64,000 bases of DNA from Lama guanicoe (taxonomy: Eukaryota). How positions within the stretch are numbered: the stretch's first letter is position 1; every line of letters begins with the position of its first letter. The notes beneath the pieces are model-generated. The model searched no databases, was not told where the DNA came from, and was given only the letters and a program-made list of their open reading frames with translations. A program made the translations under genes and the position numbers. This document shows positions 11,650 to 23,689 of the stretch, piece by piece. Where the stretch lies: assembly GCA_013239625.1 (NCBI GenBank), contig MU054187.1, forward strand, positions 15,330,941-15,394,940. Reading direction: 5' to 3'.

Positions 11650-12105
11650 CTCTAGTTCACTTCCTTGTTCTAAAACGAGATGGTTTTCCCACTTGACGCC
11701 AGAGTAGTCCAATGTTAGCTGAGGGGCTTTCACTTGAAATAGTTATCTTTAGAGTAATTTCCCCAATTAATTTTGTGTGTGTGCGTGCTATAATCAGTTA
11801 AAGCGAGATTAAGAGAAGAAATAACTTCAATAAACAACGGCCAATCAGGCACAATTATCCACTGTGAGGGCAGCAATTCTAGACCATAAAAGAATTTCCA
11901 ATGCTTGAAATCAAAATAGGAGAGTATGAAGATTATTTTCCATTCAGTCATTATTATCTTCTTTGGATTGAAAGTTTCAGTTTCACCAGTTTCCTCAGAT
12001 CTGGTTCTTTTTAGCATTTTGTTCAAAAGTTGCCCTTTTTTTCTCCCACTAGCGTTGCTTCCCAGAACAAATAAGCATTTCCACTAACCACCGCCGGCAG
12101 TTTGG
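11650..12105 (-). promoter_or_regulatory. Candidate second promoter / alternative first exon
   Basis: CAACGG (MYB-type, 11835-11840) abutting CCAATCAGG (NF-Y, 11841-11849); GGCAGTT at 12096-12102; ETS core cacttcct near 11658; minus-strand donor GAG|GTAGGC at 11650. Confidence 0.25.
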
Positions 12106-12874
12106 CTGGTTCCTGAGCAGAGGTCTTAGTGCCTGCTTCAACTCAATAATTTTTCAAAAGGTAGAAAACCAGCTTCTGGCTTAGAGAGAGCTTGAGGGAA
12201 AAAAGTTTACACTCTCTCTGACCTGTGTATAATGCATGTCTGCATTCAGGATATTAGTTCATTAACTCTTGGAGAACTTAAAAAGCAAGAGACTCTCCCT
12301 CAGCCTGTGGCAGCGATGACTGTGGGCTCACCTGATTTTAATATATTAGCTCCCTGCCTTCCCCACTCTCTCCACTGCATTGAATGTAAAATTGGACAGC
12401 CTGTACTCTCTAAAGTTCCATTAGCGCCTCATGTTCTTTAAGGAGCCACTTACTTTATTGAAATGGTGATTGGAAAAGTGTTTGAGTGCCTGAGCGATTT
12501 GCTCTGTTTCTAAGTTTAAACACGGTGCCGAGGCCTTGCTCACGCCCTGAGTGGAGTGCTGGTTTCATGATCCCGGTCTCCCTGTCCCATTCAGTGTTCT
12601 TGTCACACTGTTTATAAGGAATATCTCTGTGAGATTTTTCCACACACTGCAGATAATACCCTGTCCTCACAGACTGTCTTTTTGCATGTACAACTATCTC
12701 AGGGACATTTCTGTGGCACTTCTGTGGTCTCAGCTTACATAGCAGCACAAAAAATAGCCTCTTTGGGTGTTAAAGATAAAGAAGAGAGCCTGGGAAGTTT
12801 TTCCAGTGAGGTCTGCCACACTTACTATCATACCAGCTTTCTGAAAGCTCCAGGACATTGCAGATACAAAATAG

Positions 12875-13085
12875 AGCGGTTAGGACTCTGAGGACAGAAT
12901 CCTTATTTGAATATAGCTTTGAGACTTTGGGAAGTTATTTATTCTCATTTTGTCTCAGTTTCCTCGTCCATAAAACAGGGGTAATAATAACCACATAGGG
13001 CTGCTGGGATGATTAAGAAAGTTATCTATCAAGGACTTCAAACAATGTCTCACCCATAGAAATCTCTCCAGAAGTATTGGCTGTT
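12875..13085 (+). mobile_element. MIR
   Basis: MIR core gactttgggaagttattt...tctcagtttcctcgtccataaaacaggggtaataata. Confidence 0.85.
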
Positions 13086-13444
13086 TCATATGATCTTTGC
13101 CCCTGAAGAAAAGATAGTAATTTCTTGGGTTGATCTGCATATCTCATAGCATACCCTGAACTAACAATAGTCCAGAACGTTGTTTCAGGATTTTCCATCC
13201 TCAGTTCTGGACCTATTCTCCTTGGAACTCTTTCTCTGAGACTTTCGCATGAATTACACTTCCCTAAGTGTGTAAACGCATCTCGTCTTTTAATACTCTT
13301 GTACTTGGTTCAGTTACTGTTTGTAACAAAAGGGAAAAACTAGGAGGGTATGACTTGGTATCTTATAATCCACCAAGGTGATGTGCCCTAAAAGTCACTG
13401 AGTATCTCCAAACCCTTTATATATTTCAAGTCAATTAAATCCAT

Positions 13445-13970
13445 CATCTTAAGTGCTCAGTAGCAGGCATAATGCAGTTAGCTGTCAAGGGTACAGGTGA
13501 ATTAGGTACAGTCTGCCCCTGCGCTTTTGCAAGGATAGAGTCTAATAGAGGATTAAATACACTAAAAAGGACAACTAAAATTCATACCAAATATACTATG
13601 ATAATTCTGTTGCTATTGTTATGTAAAAGCCAAGGAGGAACAGTGAAAATATTACCTAACTACCATTTATTGTACACTCTGTATAGAGCCACTGGACACT
13701 GGTTTTTGTTGTTGTTAAATTATTTCATTCAGTATTTAAATCTATTTTTTGAAAAATGCTTTTCCAAGTATGCTTTGTGACTTGGGAAAGAAAACAGCAT
13801 AGGAAAAGGGATAGAATCAAAAAAATGTACATTGCACTTGTGAAACAGCAAGTAGCATAATGTGACTGAAGCAAGGGTTCCGTGAAAGAGAGACAGGAGA
13901 TGGACTGTTAAGGTGGGCTGTATCCGGGGCATGAGGGCCATTTCATAACAAAGAATCAAGAAATTTCTAT
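13445..13970 (-). mobile_element. L2 fragments
   Basis: Antisense L2 3'-region motifs (aagtgctcagtagcaggca...gtctgcccctg; aacagcataggaaaaggg...ggagatggactg). Confidence 0.55.
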
Positions 13971-14702
13971 TGGCCAGAAGCATCCACTAGCCAAAAATGC
14001 ACGTTAAGACTGCACAGAATGTTTAAAAATCAAATATATTTGCATTGCCATAATATACCAAGAGTTTATTGGTGTTACTATTAAAAATGCATTAAAATTT
14101 ATATATTTAAATTTATTTAAAGTTTATATTAATATATAAATAAATATATTTTAATGGTAATACCAATACATGGCAAAACACTCCAAGATTTTTTAAATTT
14201 GAAATTAAGGCATTGCAAGCTAGTTATTAACTAATCTACTTATTAATTAATTTTGATGATGTCAGTGAGAGAACTGGTATTTAATAAAAGCTGGATATTC
14301 CCAGAGGAGAAATTCTGATGCCTGAAGTTAGCCATGGTCTGTTTTGGTTTTGATTTCAACAGTGCTTTCCTAGAAAAGGCTTAAACAGAAGCAGGTGTCC
14401 CTAAATATTACAAGGGCTAGAACTTGATCACATAGCGATAAACTTCATATTTAGGGGCTTATTATGCCTTTCAGTGGGTGTAAGTTGTTATTTGCAGCTT
14501 TTATTGGTTTTTAAAAATGAGCCATGATTTGGACTGAGGTTTTGTCATCTGGATGTGTGTTTGCTCATGTAATGAAAATCTTGAATCGTTTGTTTGCTTG
14601 TTTTATAGACTCCCAGAGGCAAAATTTCTGAAAATAAGATAGCAATTAATGAATTAATGGACCTGAATTATAAGAAGTATGGAGTGATTTTTCTAAAAAA
14701 AA

Positions 14703-15652
14703 AAAATTCTTTGTTAAAATTTCTCCAAGTTAGATTTACTTCAGTAAAGTTAGAAAAAAAAAGCATTTTTATTAATCAATTGACATATATCACTTCTTCA
14801 CTCATAAAAGTAGATACTTTCTCCTAGAAATGTTGACAATATCCAACTAACCTTAGCCACTTTTGTCACTTGTTCCCTCCCTGCATTTAATTACACGTTT
14901 GTAAAATTCCTAACTTGATTTTGTCCTGATGAGAAGAGATCCATAAAAATATAACTCAAATAAGAAAACTTTTTGAAACTATAAGAATTAATTAAATAGC
15001 AGTTCATTTTCACAGGCTTTAAGAATTGTGTTGGAAACCAGAAGGAGTGAAAGGGCCAAGGATCATTTTTGCAAATTCTCTCTGTATTTGAGGTTTAGGA
15101 GGAAGGAGCTGGAAAGAGTCAGCATCCAGAGTAGATGTGGAACTTGGGAACTACGGTGTGTCAGGGGATCATTTGGAGTTTGATTGCACACAACACCTAT
15201 GCATCTTGGGTGAAAAATGCCAAGACAGTTGAGGTCCATGTTCAGACTCTCAGAGCACCCAAATTAAGACTCTTGAGTATGCAATCCCACTAGGAATTTG
15301 TGTGTGTGTGTGTGTGTGTATTCTCCATTAGCCGACTATCCTCAGAAAACATTACTGTGCACTTTCTAACTGTATTCTTTCCAGCTATGTTTTATTACTG
15401 TCCCATGTAAATTTCCTGTCTTTATTCTCAGCATATGTCTTTTAAATTCTCAGAATGTCCTTGCCTCCCTCCTTGATCTATTTAATAACTGTCTGACCTC
15501 CCATGTTCTAGCTTTCAGTTGCCACGGTTTCCAGAGTCTTTCTGGACCCTGTCAGCTTGCAGAGAGCTCTCAGCCTTCACCATCCTCTCCTCCAGCACCA
15601 CTGCCTGTTCCACTCAAGTCATCCTTGAAAGGTAGTCTGCACCATAGCGTTA
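14703..15652. repeat. 950-bp direct duplication, copy A
   Basis: Matches 17432-18381 with a constant offset of 2729 at both ends; no difference found in the segments compared by eye, including the (TG)10 tract. Confidence 0.97.
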
Positions 15653-15889
15653 AAGAGGTATATTTTCAGTCCAGAGCGTTCTGTGGCAACATTTATGCCC
15701 ATCTTCCACTAAGAGAAGACCTTATAATCAGTTTTATAAAATCTGTCAGTTTTGGGGGAAAAATCAACATTTTTAACAAATTTACGAAGTTAGCGTCACC
15801 GGCAAAGCTCGTGAGTAACTCCCAGGAAATAAAAATACAATCTGGGTAATAAAATCTGACCTTTTTTTCCTTTGTGCTGAGTCACTTGC

Positions 15890-16180
15890 TCACGGAGTTT
15901 CAAGTGCAGAGGCCTTGCACCGAGAACTTTGCGCTGAAGTTACTGGTGCAAAACGGTGGCGACTTACACCTCAGCTGGGTGGGCCGGCGGGGCTGAGGCG
16001 AAGTGCTGAGCGCGACGCTCAGTCAAGGTGGGCCGCGCACAGAGATGCCGCAGCGGGCGCTGCAATCTGGAGCCAGAGCCCTGAGCGGCACAGCCGCGCC
16101 TGTCTCGCGAGAACTCCTCTCTTAAAGAACCCTATTAAAGCCTACAGCGAGTGCTTTAGAGCGAGAGCCCGTACGTACCT
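15890..16180 (-). promoter_or_regulatory. Small CpG-rich promoter with candidate non-coding first exon (~16100 down to 15968)
   Basis: The most CpG-dense, GC-rich unique stretch in the window; perfect TCTCGCGAGA palindrome at 16103-16112; minus-strand donor GAGGT|GTAAGT (acttac at 15962-15967). Confidence 0.7.
16103..16112. promoter_or_regulatory. TCTCGCGAGA (CGCG element; BANP / ZBTB33-associated motif)
   Basis: Exact 10-bp palindromic consensus inside the CpG-rich block. Confidence 0.75.
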
Positions 16181-17431
16181 CTCTGTTCTTTGATCAAAGG
16201 ATAAAGCTTTCCTTTTCTTCTGAACCTACCTATGTCTTGTTCTATTGGCATGAGCAATACCAGGTGGAAGGTGCCTTGTTGGGGACCAACTTGGCAGGGT
16301 CGGCAACATTAGGGAGGAAAAAGAATTACTATCTTAAATACAAGCGGTGAAATCAATAGGTTGAATTCTCCGATGTCTGAGATCTGATTAATTAAATCTC
16401 AGTAAGGCTGCATAGTCTAATCACCTTACTTAAAAATTAATAATAAAAACAGCTAGGTATTTTATAACACGAGTCCACTTTAGCCAAAAATCTCAGAAGG
16501 GAATAAATGAAAATTAAAAGACACATCAATTTCTTTCTTTTAATGGGCAAGTATTGAACCTGATTTGCAAGATTCTTAGTAAAAATCCTGCCAGTGAGAA
16601 AAAACTATTGGAAGCCTGGAAGAGCAATATTCTCTTTCATCTTGAGCAAACTACTGAAATATTATTTTTATGTTTTCATTGTAGATGTCTCATCGCTGTT
16701 CAGTGATCTCAGATTTTCCATGGGAATTCTGACCAAAATTCTCAAATTCTTTAATGGCAGGCAATTCTACCCTCCTATATCATGTGTTTAGATAATTTTT
16801 AAATCATTACAATAACTTTTCATTCTGCTTAGTGCCATGCCTCAATGTATAGGTACCAAATGAAGCCTGAGGGATAGATTGCATGCATGCATGAATTAAT
16901 TAATTAATTCATCCCCCTTTGGATTCATTGCTTTTATAATCAATGTGTGACCCTAACCTAAAGAAGATAATGTTTTATCTCAACCTATATCTCAGTCTAA
17001 AGATAGTGATCATAATGTCCAATCTTACAGCTTCTGTATCTGCCTGAAAACATTGGTGACTCCCTAATGAGCCTCCATTTCATATAATTAAGAAATTGAC
17101 AGATTTCAAGACAAACTACCTGCCAACCATGAAGAATGGAGGTGAAGAGAAAGTCAGATTTAAGTAGCTACATTTCTGATTTAAAAAACCAATAACAGGG
17201 AAATTCAGTGTTTTTTGAGAACATATAATTGCACTAAATTCTCGATGGGCATGCTAAGAGAAGAAAAGGTAGATCATAAAATGAATTGCAAATGATAAGA
17301 ATTTCACCAGTTAAAGGGAAGAGCATTCCAGGCCAAAGGAATAGCATGTACAAAGAAGGCATTTGCAAAGTTGACAGAACATATTCTCTGATTAGTGATA
17401 CAATGCTTCTTGGACTTCTGTAAGCCTTTGT

Positions 17432-18381
17432 AAAATTCTTTGTTAAAATTTCTCCAAGTTAGATTTACTTCAGTAAAGTTAGAAAAAAAAAGCATTTTTA
17501 TTAATCAATTGACATATATCACTTCTTCACTCATAAAAGTAGATACTTTCTCCTAGAAATGTTGACAATATCCAACTAACCTTAGCCACTTTTGTCACTT
17601 GTTCCCTCCCTGCATTTAATTACACGTTTGTAAAATTCCTAACTTGATTTTGTCCTGATGAGAAGAGATCCATAAAAATATAACTCAAATAAGAAAACTT
17701 TTTGAAACTATAAGAATTAATTAAATAGCAGTTCATTTTCACAGGCTTTAAGAATTGTGTTGGAAACCAGAAGGAGTGAAAGGGCCAAGGATCATTTTTG
17801 CAAATTCTCTCTGTATTTGAGGTTTAGGAGGAAGGAGCTGGAAAGAGTCAGCATCCAGAGTAGATGTGGAACTTGGGAACTACGGTGTGTCAGGGGATCA
17901 TTTGGAGTTTGATTGCACACAACACCTATGCATCTTGGGTGAAAAATGCCAAGACAGTTGAGGTCCATGTTCAGACTCTCAGAGCACCCAAATTAAGACT
18001 CTTGAGTATGCAATCCCACTAGGAATTTGTGTGTGTGTGTGTGTGTGTATTCTCCATTAGCCGACTATCCTCAGAAAACATTACTGTGCACTTTCTAACT
18101 GTATTCTTTCCAGCTATGTTTTATTACTGTCCCATGTAAATTTCCTGTCTTTATTCTCAGCATATGTCTTTTAAATTCTCAGAATGTCCTTGCCTCCCTC
18201 CTTGATCTATTTAATAACTGTCTGACCTCCCATGTTCTAGCTTTCAGTTGCCACGGTTTCCAGAGTCTTTCTGGACCCTGTCAGCTTGCAGAGAGCTCTC
18301 AGCCTTCACCATCCTCTCCTCCAGCACCACTGCCTGTTCCACTCAAGTCATCCTTGAAAGGTAGTCTGCACCATAGCGTTA
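17432..18381. repeat. 950-bp direct duplication, copy B
   Basis: See copy A. Confidence 0.97.
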
Positions 18382-18538
18382 TGATTTATGTATCCATGAT
18401 CTTCTCATCTAGATTGCACGTTTCTGAATGTCAATGATAGATGAACTTACCTGTCTTTCGTAAAATGTGATTTCTATAATAGATCAAATAATTTGTTAGA
18501 TCCTTAATACATATTTGGTGAATAAATGCATGAATGAT
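18382..18538 (+). mobile_element. Degenerate L2 3' end
   Basis: tctagattgcacgtttctgaatg... ending aatacatatttggtgaataaatgcatgaatga, resembling the L2 tail. Confidence 0.45.
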
Positions 18539-19039
18539 AGAAGATCCGTTTAGAACACCATCTCAAGGAAAAGCCACCACCTCAAGATGAAATTTTCCCT
18601 TTCTTTCTGATATTGATGTTCTACTAGTGATGTCAAGGGCTAGAATCAGGGTGTAAATGCAGGAATTGGGGAAGGTGTGGTGATGAGACCCCTCTTCCCC
18701 AGAAAGAACAGTAGAAGAAAGCAGGAAGGGAGCTGCTGCAGTGTGGTAAACCGTGGGAGGGCAGGGGCAGAGGGACGGCACCTGATCCCAGCTGCCCAGA
18801 CAGTAGTAGACCACATCTCTTCCTCTGCAGATGGAACATAAGAGCAGCATCACAGGAAAAGTGGATAGTGAAGACAGCAACTGAAGAATTCAGAAACAAA
18901 ACCGGGTGGGGGCTTGAAGTCATATACTACAACCAGAGTCTGCATGCTGAATTCTTATGATTTCCATAGGGATTGGGGAAGCAGAGTTGTTTATAAGTGG
19001 CTTGTCTCTGGTAACCAAAGCAGTTGTGCTATCCAATAA

Positions 19040-19215
19040 TTGTTAATATTTATTGAATACTATGTCCCAAGGCACTTAAATATATTATATATAGATAATA
19101 TTATATAATTATGTTCATTTTAAAGGTAAGAAATCTGAGGCATAGAGAGTTTAAGTCACTTGTTCAAGGTCAAACAGCTGGTAACCCCGGGAAGCAGCAT
19201 GTGAACCCAAGATCT
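19040..19215 (-). mobile_element. MIR
   Basis: cattttaaaggtaagaaatctgaggcatagagagtttaagtcacttgttcaaggtca is the antisense MIR core. Confidence 0.8.
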
Positions 19216-20174
19216 AAACAGAAAATCTGTTGTGCTTGAATGTAGATTTAAGTTCAGTTAGACAGCTAATTATAAAAAAAAAACCATAGTTTTGCTGAAT
19301 AAATGTTAATTAGATAGTAATTTACCCCTAAATTTTTAATACTATTCCACCTTTCCACCAGATTTCATGGTTAAATGTCAAACTATAAAAATTAAAGATA
19401 GGCAAAACTGGTGGCAATCAGAATTCTGAGACTATCCGGACAATTTTTTTTCAAATGTTTTCGGTTTGGCAAAGCTTCTGAACACATCTTGCCAAGCCTT
19501 TTTCTCCTTAATTTTTAAATCCCTGTGTATTTCAAGGGAAATACAATATGTTTCTGATTCATTTACATTTAACTCATCAAAACTTTGGTAAGAGCTATCT
19601 TATGGCCAAAAGCCCTTTTCCCCCCTGAGGAGGTCATGTTTTTACTAACGTCTAACTGCATCCAAGGCAGAAAGTTTAAGATCTCTTCTAACACTCAACA
19701 AAGCTAGAGTGGGTTCTAATGCTAGAAAGCTAGTCAACTACTGGGTTAATTTAGCATGGCATTGTTCAGGAAAACTATCCATGGATCATGGCTCTGAACC
19801 TGAGAACTATGGTGCATTTTGATTATGTAATAATAAAAACAGTAATAAAAAAGAAATAAAAAAAGCAGCATTTTCATACAAAACATTTGTGTACACAGCT
19901 ACCTGAAATGTAGTCAGTTGTAAGGTATCTTAACTGCTCAAAGTCAAACTTTAAAAAAAAGCCTAACTGATAAATAAATAAACAAACAAATGTTTCTTAA
20001 AATTGCCTAAAGATGTGTAGAAAATAAATGTATTCTTTTGACACTTAGAGGCTCAACAATGATGTGGGGTTCTAAGCATTCAAAGCGTTTTGATTTGATT
20101 GCTGTCTTTCTTAATAATCAAAGGGCTACTGCTCATGTCCTTATTAAGGTTGTCTTAGTCACCTAGTGAAAGAT

Positions 20175-20340
20175 CTCTTGGTTGCCTTCAACTTTCGGCA
20201 ACTTTGAATAAAGCTGCTATAAACATTCACGTGCATGTTTCTGTGTGGATAAGTTTTCAAATACCTAACGAGTGTGATTACCAGGTTGTATGCTAAGAGT
20301 ATATTTACTTTTGTAAGAAACTGCAAAACCTCTTCCAAAC
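20175..20340 (-). mobile_element. Old L1M fragment
   Basis: gaataaagctgctataaacattcacgtgcatgtttctgtgtgga...ttgtaagaaactgcaaaacc. Confidence 0.8.
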
Positions 20341-20468
20341 TCTGCCTCCTTTACTTTATAATAATTAACTTATTATTTAAATGCCATCTTAAGTCACCTT
20401 TAATATAGTAATTACAAAATGCTCATTTTTACATCTCATTCGCTATTTGTGAATGACACAATTATGTT

Positions 20469-20492
20469 TGTGTGTGTGTGTGTGTGTGTGTG
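20469..20492. repeat. (TG)n microsatellite
   Basis: Read directly. Confidence 0.95.
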
Positions 20493-21129
20493 ATAGTGTG
20501 TGCCACATGGTAGTGATGCATGAACAGCCCCCTCCGCCTCCCATCCTCCTTTCCTCCTTCCTTGCACCACAGCTGGGAAATTAACATGAGTCTTAAATCT
20601 GCTGCTTTTAACTAGAGAAAAGAAAGTCTCTAGATTGGGGCTCTTTTACTCAGAGCTGCTTGATTTAATTTATGGTTGCAGAATATATTATAATTATTAA
20701 ACTATTAACATCCTGTATGTTGTGCTTATTCAACATTTATCCAACAGCTGATTACTGATTTTATACAATATGTCAAACATTAACCCTTTGTTTCCTGAGG
20801 TTAAATGCTAGGTTTCTGTTCATCCCCTACAAAGCAAAAATAATAATTATCAAAAATGGGGACACAGTCTACTTTATCAGTTCAAAACATATTGTTTTAC
20901 ATCTGCATAGCATAAGCATAGGCACACAGTGGTCTTCTTTAACAAAAGAACAAAAGAATTTCTGTTCTGGGCTACAGTCACTGTCCATACAGTATACTAC
21001 GGGCTTTTCCAGTGGCATAAACCATGTGAGAGAGTATGTGTTTTTCTCTGAAGCATCCTCCCCTTTTAGTCTGCTGTTTCTCTACCTCTGTGACATTTGT
21101 TGGTCCCTCTTCCCCTGACTGCTTTTGAA

Positions 21130-21370
21130 TATTGTTTCCCATGTTTCCTGTCTTAGTACTTCTCTCTCAAGGTGATCTTGTCCATCTCCAAATTCTGTTA
21201 CACATTGAAGAGTCACACAATTTTAAACTCTAGTTTCTCCCTCTTTCTCATCCTTTAGACTAGAATCCCATCTCCTTACTGAATATTTACCCCGGAGGTC
21301 CTGCAAAAAGCATACACTTAACTGGTCTAAAACTTAACTCATTTACCTTCCTCCAATGGCTACCTTTTCC
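21130..21370 (+). mobile_element. L2 fragment 1 of a split element
   Basis: ggtgatcttgtccatctcc...aaactctag...gtctaaaacttaactcatttaccttcc, typical of sense L2. Confidence 0.65.
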
Positions 21371-21399
21371 ATCCTTCCTACCTTCTCTTTTCTACTTTC

Positions 21400-23020
21400 T
21401 TTGTTGAAGTACCTCATGCACATGTTAAAAACAAAATACAGTCAATACAAATTCCCCAGAGGCAAATGTTCTTGACAGTTACTTGTATATCCTGCTATAG
21501 ACATTCAACACAAATAGGGGCATATACATATATATATACACACACGTATCTGTTGTCCAATTTGGGCACAAATAATAACATTTGCACACTGTTCTGCACC
21601 TTACTTTTCTCACTTAATATATTTGGAAATCAGTCCATGTCAATAAATACAGGTCTGACTCATTGCTTTGAATGAATATAATATGTACGCGTTTATATGG
21701 GTACACATAGCATAACGTATTGATGGACAATTTTATTTGTTTTCAATTTTTGTTACTGTAAAAATACTAAAATTAATGTTGACATGCATGCTGTGAATTC
21801 ATCTATAGGTCAAAAGTAAAATTATTTAGTCAAAGGGAAAGTACATTTAAAATTTTAATCGATAATGTTTAATTTACCTCTAGCTCATACCCACACCCTG
21901 GTCAAAATAATCTTCAGTTTTTGCATACTTGATTAGAGAAAAATGATATCTCAGCATAGATTAACTTTTATCACTCATTTTCTGGGTGGTTTTTAACATT
22001 AATTTAAAATGATTTTAAATGTTTACCTGTTTTTTGATTTTGTTATATTTTTTTCTTCTACATTTGAATAACCTCCCTCTTTTTTTATTAAATAAGTTAG
22101 CTCTGTCTGGAATATCTTAAAAAACACCTTTTCACAGTTTGTCATTTTTTTTTTTTCCAGTTGGTTTGGAATTTTTTTCTTGCTGGATTTGCTAAATCTT
22201 TATGAAGCAAAATCAACTTTGCTATGTTTCAATAGCTTTCGTGCTAATGTACTGAATTTATGAAAAAAAGTTAGTTTTCCCATTTTTGTAATACTCTGAT
22301 ATGGTATTAATAAAAGTAAAATTACCTATTTTTAAAGCTTTGGTAAGAATTTTTTATTTTGCCTGGGACTGTTATTTTGTGAGGGGAGTAGGCCTTTAAA
22401 TACTTTTCTGCAGTTGTTGGTATCTTTCAAGTCTCCAGTTCTTCTTGGATCATTTTGGTAAAAAAGATTTCACTTTAATTAGACTTTTAAATATAATTGC
22501 ATAACTTTGAGCAATACAATATGTTCTACTTCTTTTAATTCCCAAGTGTCCATGGTTACTCACTCAGCATTTGCATTTGTGTATTTGTGATATCTCTATT
22601 GATGTAGATTGTCTATATTTTTAAAGTTTTTTGGCATTTTCAAAAACTGCTCTGGAAGTCATTTTTTGTTGTGTTCAAAATTTATTAATTCTATTTTATC
22701 TTCACTTTTTTCTTCTGTGCTTTTGATTGATTCTGTTGTTATTTTCTCAATCCTTTAGTTGAATTTTTATTTATGTTCATGTCTCTTGTATTAATTTGAA
22801 TGATTAAAGCTATTAATTTTCTCTGATTTGCTCTTGCCTGTTAGGTTTTGATATCTGGAGTTTTTATTATTTCCAAATTCTATACATTTCTTAGATTTCC
22901 AGGTAGAAAGTTGTGTATCATCTATCTTATCTTGCTATTAAGTCCTATTTATATTTTCTTATGGTTAGATGAATATGCACACTATTTCTACTTTTTGAAA
23001 AAATAAAGTTTCCTTAAGAC
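21400..23020 (-). mobile_element. Old L1ME-type remnant (3'UTR and ORF2)
   Basis: ccccagaggcaaatg..., ctgttctgcaccttactttttctcacttaatat, then a long T-rich antisense ORF2-like tract. Confidence 0.7.
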
Positions 23021-23689
23021 GAATTGTTAACAGTCTGTTTTATGTAACTACTTAGTCAACTCTGAATTCTCCCCCAAGCCCCCTTCACCTTCCCTTTACC
23101 ACAGGGTGCATAGGAGGTTTTGATGAAATAATCCTGTGTCCTGATATAGTTATGAGTGGAATATCTGAGTTATGAGCCATCATTGGTTCTTGCTGGCCTT
23201 CAATATGGTGAAGAGCTGTCCTCTAAATCTTAACCGTGTCTAGTGGTTAACCCTAGTGTCCTGAGTGCATTTTTATTGATATATCCATATTCTTGCTATG
23301 GCCTCCACTTGTCAGATTCATATATATATTGTGACCCTCCTCATCCCCACTAAAGGATGTAACTGAAAGTGATTGGTTTACTTGAAATAGCTATATATAT
23401 GCATACATATATATCTATATACAGAAATATATGTATATGCACAGAAACACATGAGTTCAATGGATTAGTAAAGAAAAATAAGGATCCATGAGATCTAAAC
23501 ACAATAATTAACAGTTAATATCTTTGTACTAAAAAACATTTTTTTAGTAACTGCTTAAGACATCCATGGACAGCTCCACACCAAGAATAAATGTAAGCTC
23601 ATAAATCCTTAAGAAATAAGTTGTGTTCAATCAGAGAAAAATAAAGAGCAATTTCAATAGTTTAAGAGAGAAAAGTGGGTTATTCTATG

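Noticed and set aside
11730..12026. 98-aa minus-strand ORF
   Set aside because: Non-ATG start, no recognisable homology and no convincing splice boundaries.
15915..16193. 92-aa + strand ORF
   Set aside because: Non-ATG start and Ala/Arg-rich composition expected by chance in GC-rich promoter DNA; no recognisable domain.
16891..16912. Perfect 22-bp palindrome atgaattaattaattaattcat
   Set aside because: Arises from a low-complexity (TAAT)n run, which is self-complementary by nature.
14703..18381. Reading the 950-bp repeats as the LTRs of a retroelement or composite transposon
   Set aside because: No TG/CA termini, TSD, primer-binding site, polypurine tract or coding interior; the spacer is a host-type CpG promoter.
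19490..19620. Segment that seems familiar as an interspersed repeat
   Set aside because: I cannot assign a family from the sequence alone; it needs a Dfam or BLAST search.
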